From Phyllobates terribilis (lineage: Eukaryota): a stretch of 64,000 nucleotides of DNA. The number at the start of each line of letters is the position of its first letter. The first letter of the stretch is position 1. Of the stretch, positions 63,385 to 64,000 are shown one piece after another. The stretch is taken from NCBI RefSeq assembly GCF_046119375.1, contig NW_027362762.1:750076001-750140000 (forward strand), in the 5' to 3' direction. The position numbers and the translations under genes are program-made. The notes beneath the pieces are model-generated. The model was not told where the DNA came from, ran no database searches, and worked only from the letters and a program-made list of their open reading frames with translations.

Positions 63385-64000
63385 GTCACTCTCTGCCTGC
63401 CCTCCATGGGTAGTGCGGGGTCTGTCACCCCCTACCTGCCCTCCATGGGTAGTGCGGGGTCTGTCACCCCCTACCTGCCCTCCATGTGTAGTGTGGGGTC
63501 TGTCACTCCCTACCTGTCCTCCATGTATAGTGTGGGGTCTGTCACTCCCTACCTGTCCTCCATGTATAGTGTGGGGTCTGTCACTCCCTACCTGTCCTCC
63601 ATGTATAGTGTGGGGTCTGTCACTCTGTACCTGTCCTCCATGTGTAGTGTGGGGTCTGTCACTATCTACCTGTCCTCCATGTGTAGTGTGGGGTCTGTCA
63701 CTATCTACCTGCCCTCCATGTGTAGTGTGGGGTCTGTCACTCCCTACCTGTCCTCCATGTATAGTGTGGGGTCTGTCACTCCCTACCTGTCCTCCATGTA
63801 TAGTGTGGGGTCTGTCACTCCCTACCTGTCCTCCATGTATAGTGTGGGGTCTGTCACTCCCTACCTGTCCTCCATGTATAGTGTGGGGTCTGTCACTCCC
63901 TACCTGTCCTCCATGTGTAGTGTGGGGTCTGTCACTCCCTACCTGTCCTCCATGTATAGTGTGGGGTCTGTCACTCTGTACCTGTCCTCCATGTATAGTG
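63385..64000. repeat. 39-bp minisatellite, ~16 copies, runs off the window end
   Basis: Unit CTACCTGTCCTCCATGTATAGTGTGGGGTCTGTCACTCC; 39-bp period measured between 63401 and 63440. Confidence 0.97.

Noticed and set aside
38700-64000. Expected syntenic neighbour (CXorf38-like gene 3' of MED14 in mammals)
   Set aside because: No exon resembling the recalled protein was found by eye; tblastn is needed. It may lie beyond the window.

Overview
Eukaryotic (vertebrate) genomic DNA, most likely a frog; this is inferred from the repeat families and from the degree of divergence from mammalian MED14. Positions 1667-38105 hold the last 24 coding exons of MED14 (Mediator subunit 14) on the + strand. All introns are GT-AG, all phases join, and together they give 1152 codons plus TGA; the gene's 5' part lies upstream of the window. 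Introns and the 26-kb downstream region are dense with transposons: two decayed DIRS retrotransposons, L2 LINEs, tRNA-derived SINEs, a Helitron, Tc1/mariner elements, piggyBac-like, Kolobok-like, Harbinger and hAT MITEs, and minisatellites. There is one 318-N assembly gap. Four structures stand out: (1) an LTR-like segment with a TATA box wedged between two divergently reading, 5'-truncated but catalytically complete transposase ORFs (piggyBac and DD37E Tc1); (2) a ~2-kb chain of alternating palindromes in a MED14 intron; (3) a fold-back mariner derivative inside a three-level transposon nest; (4) an in-frame tandem splice donor in MED14. No database searches were possible, so family names rest on recalled motifs.
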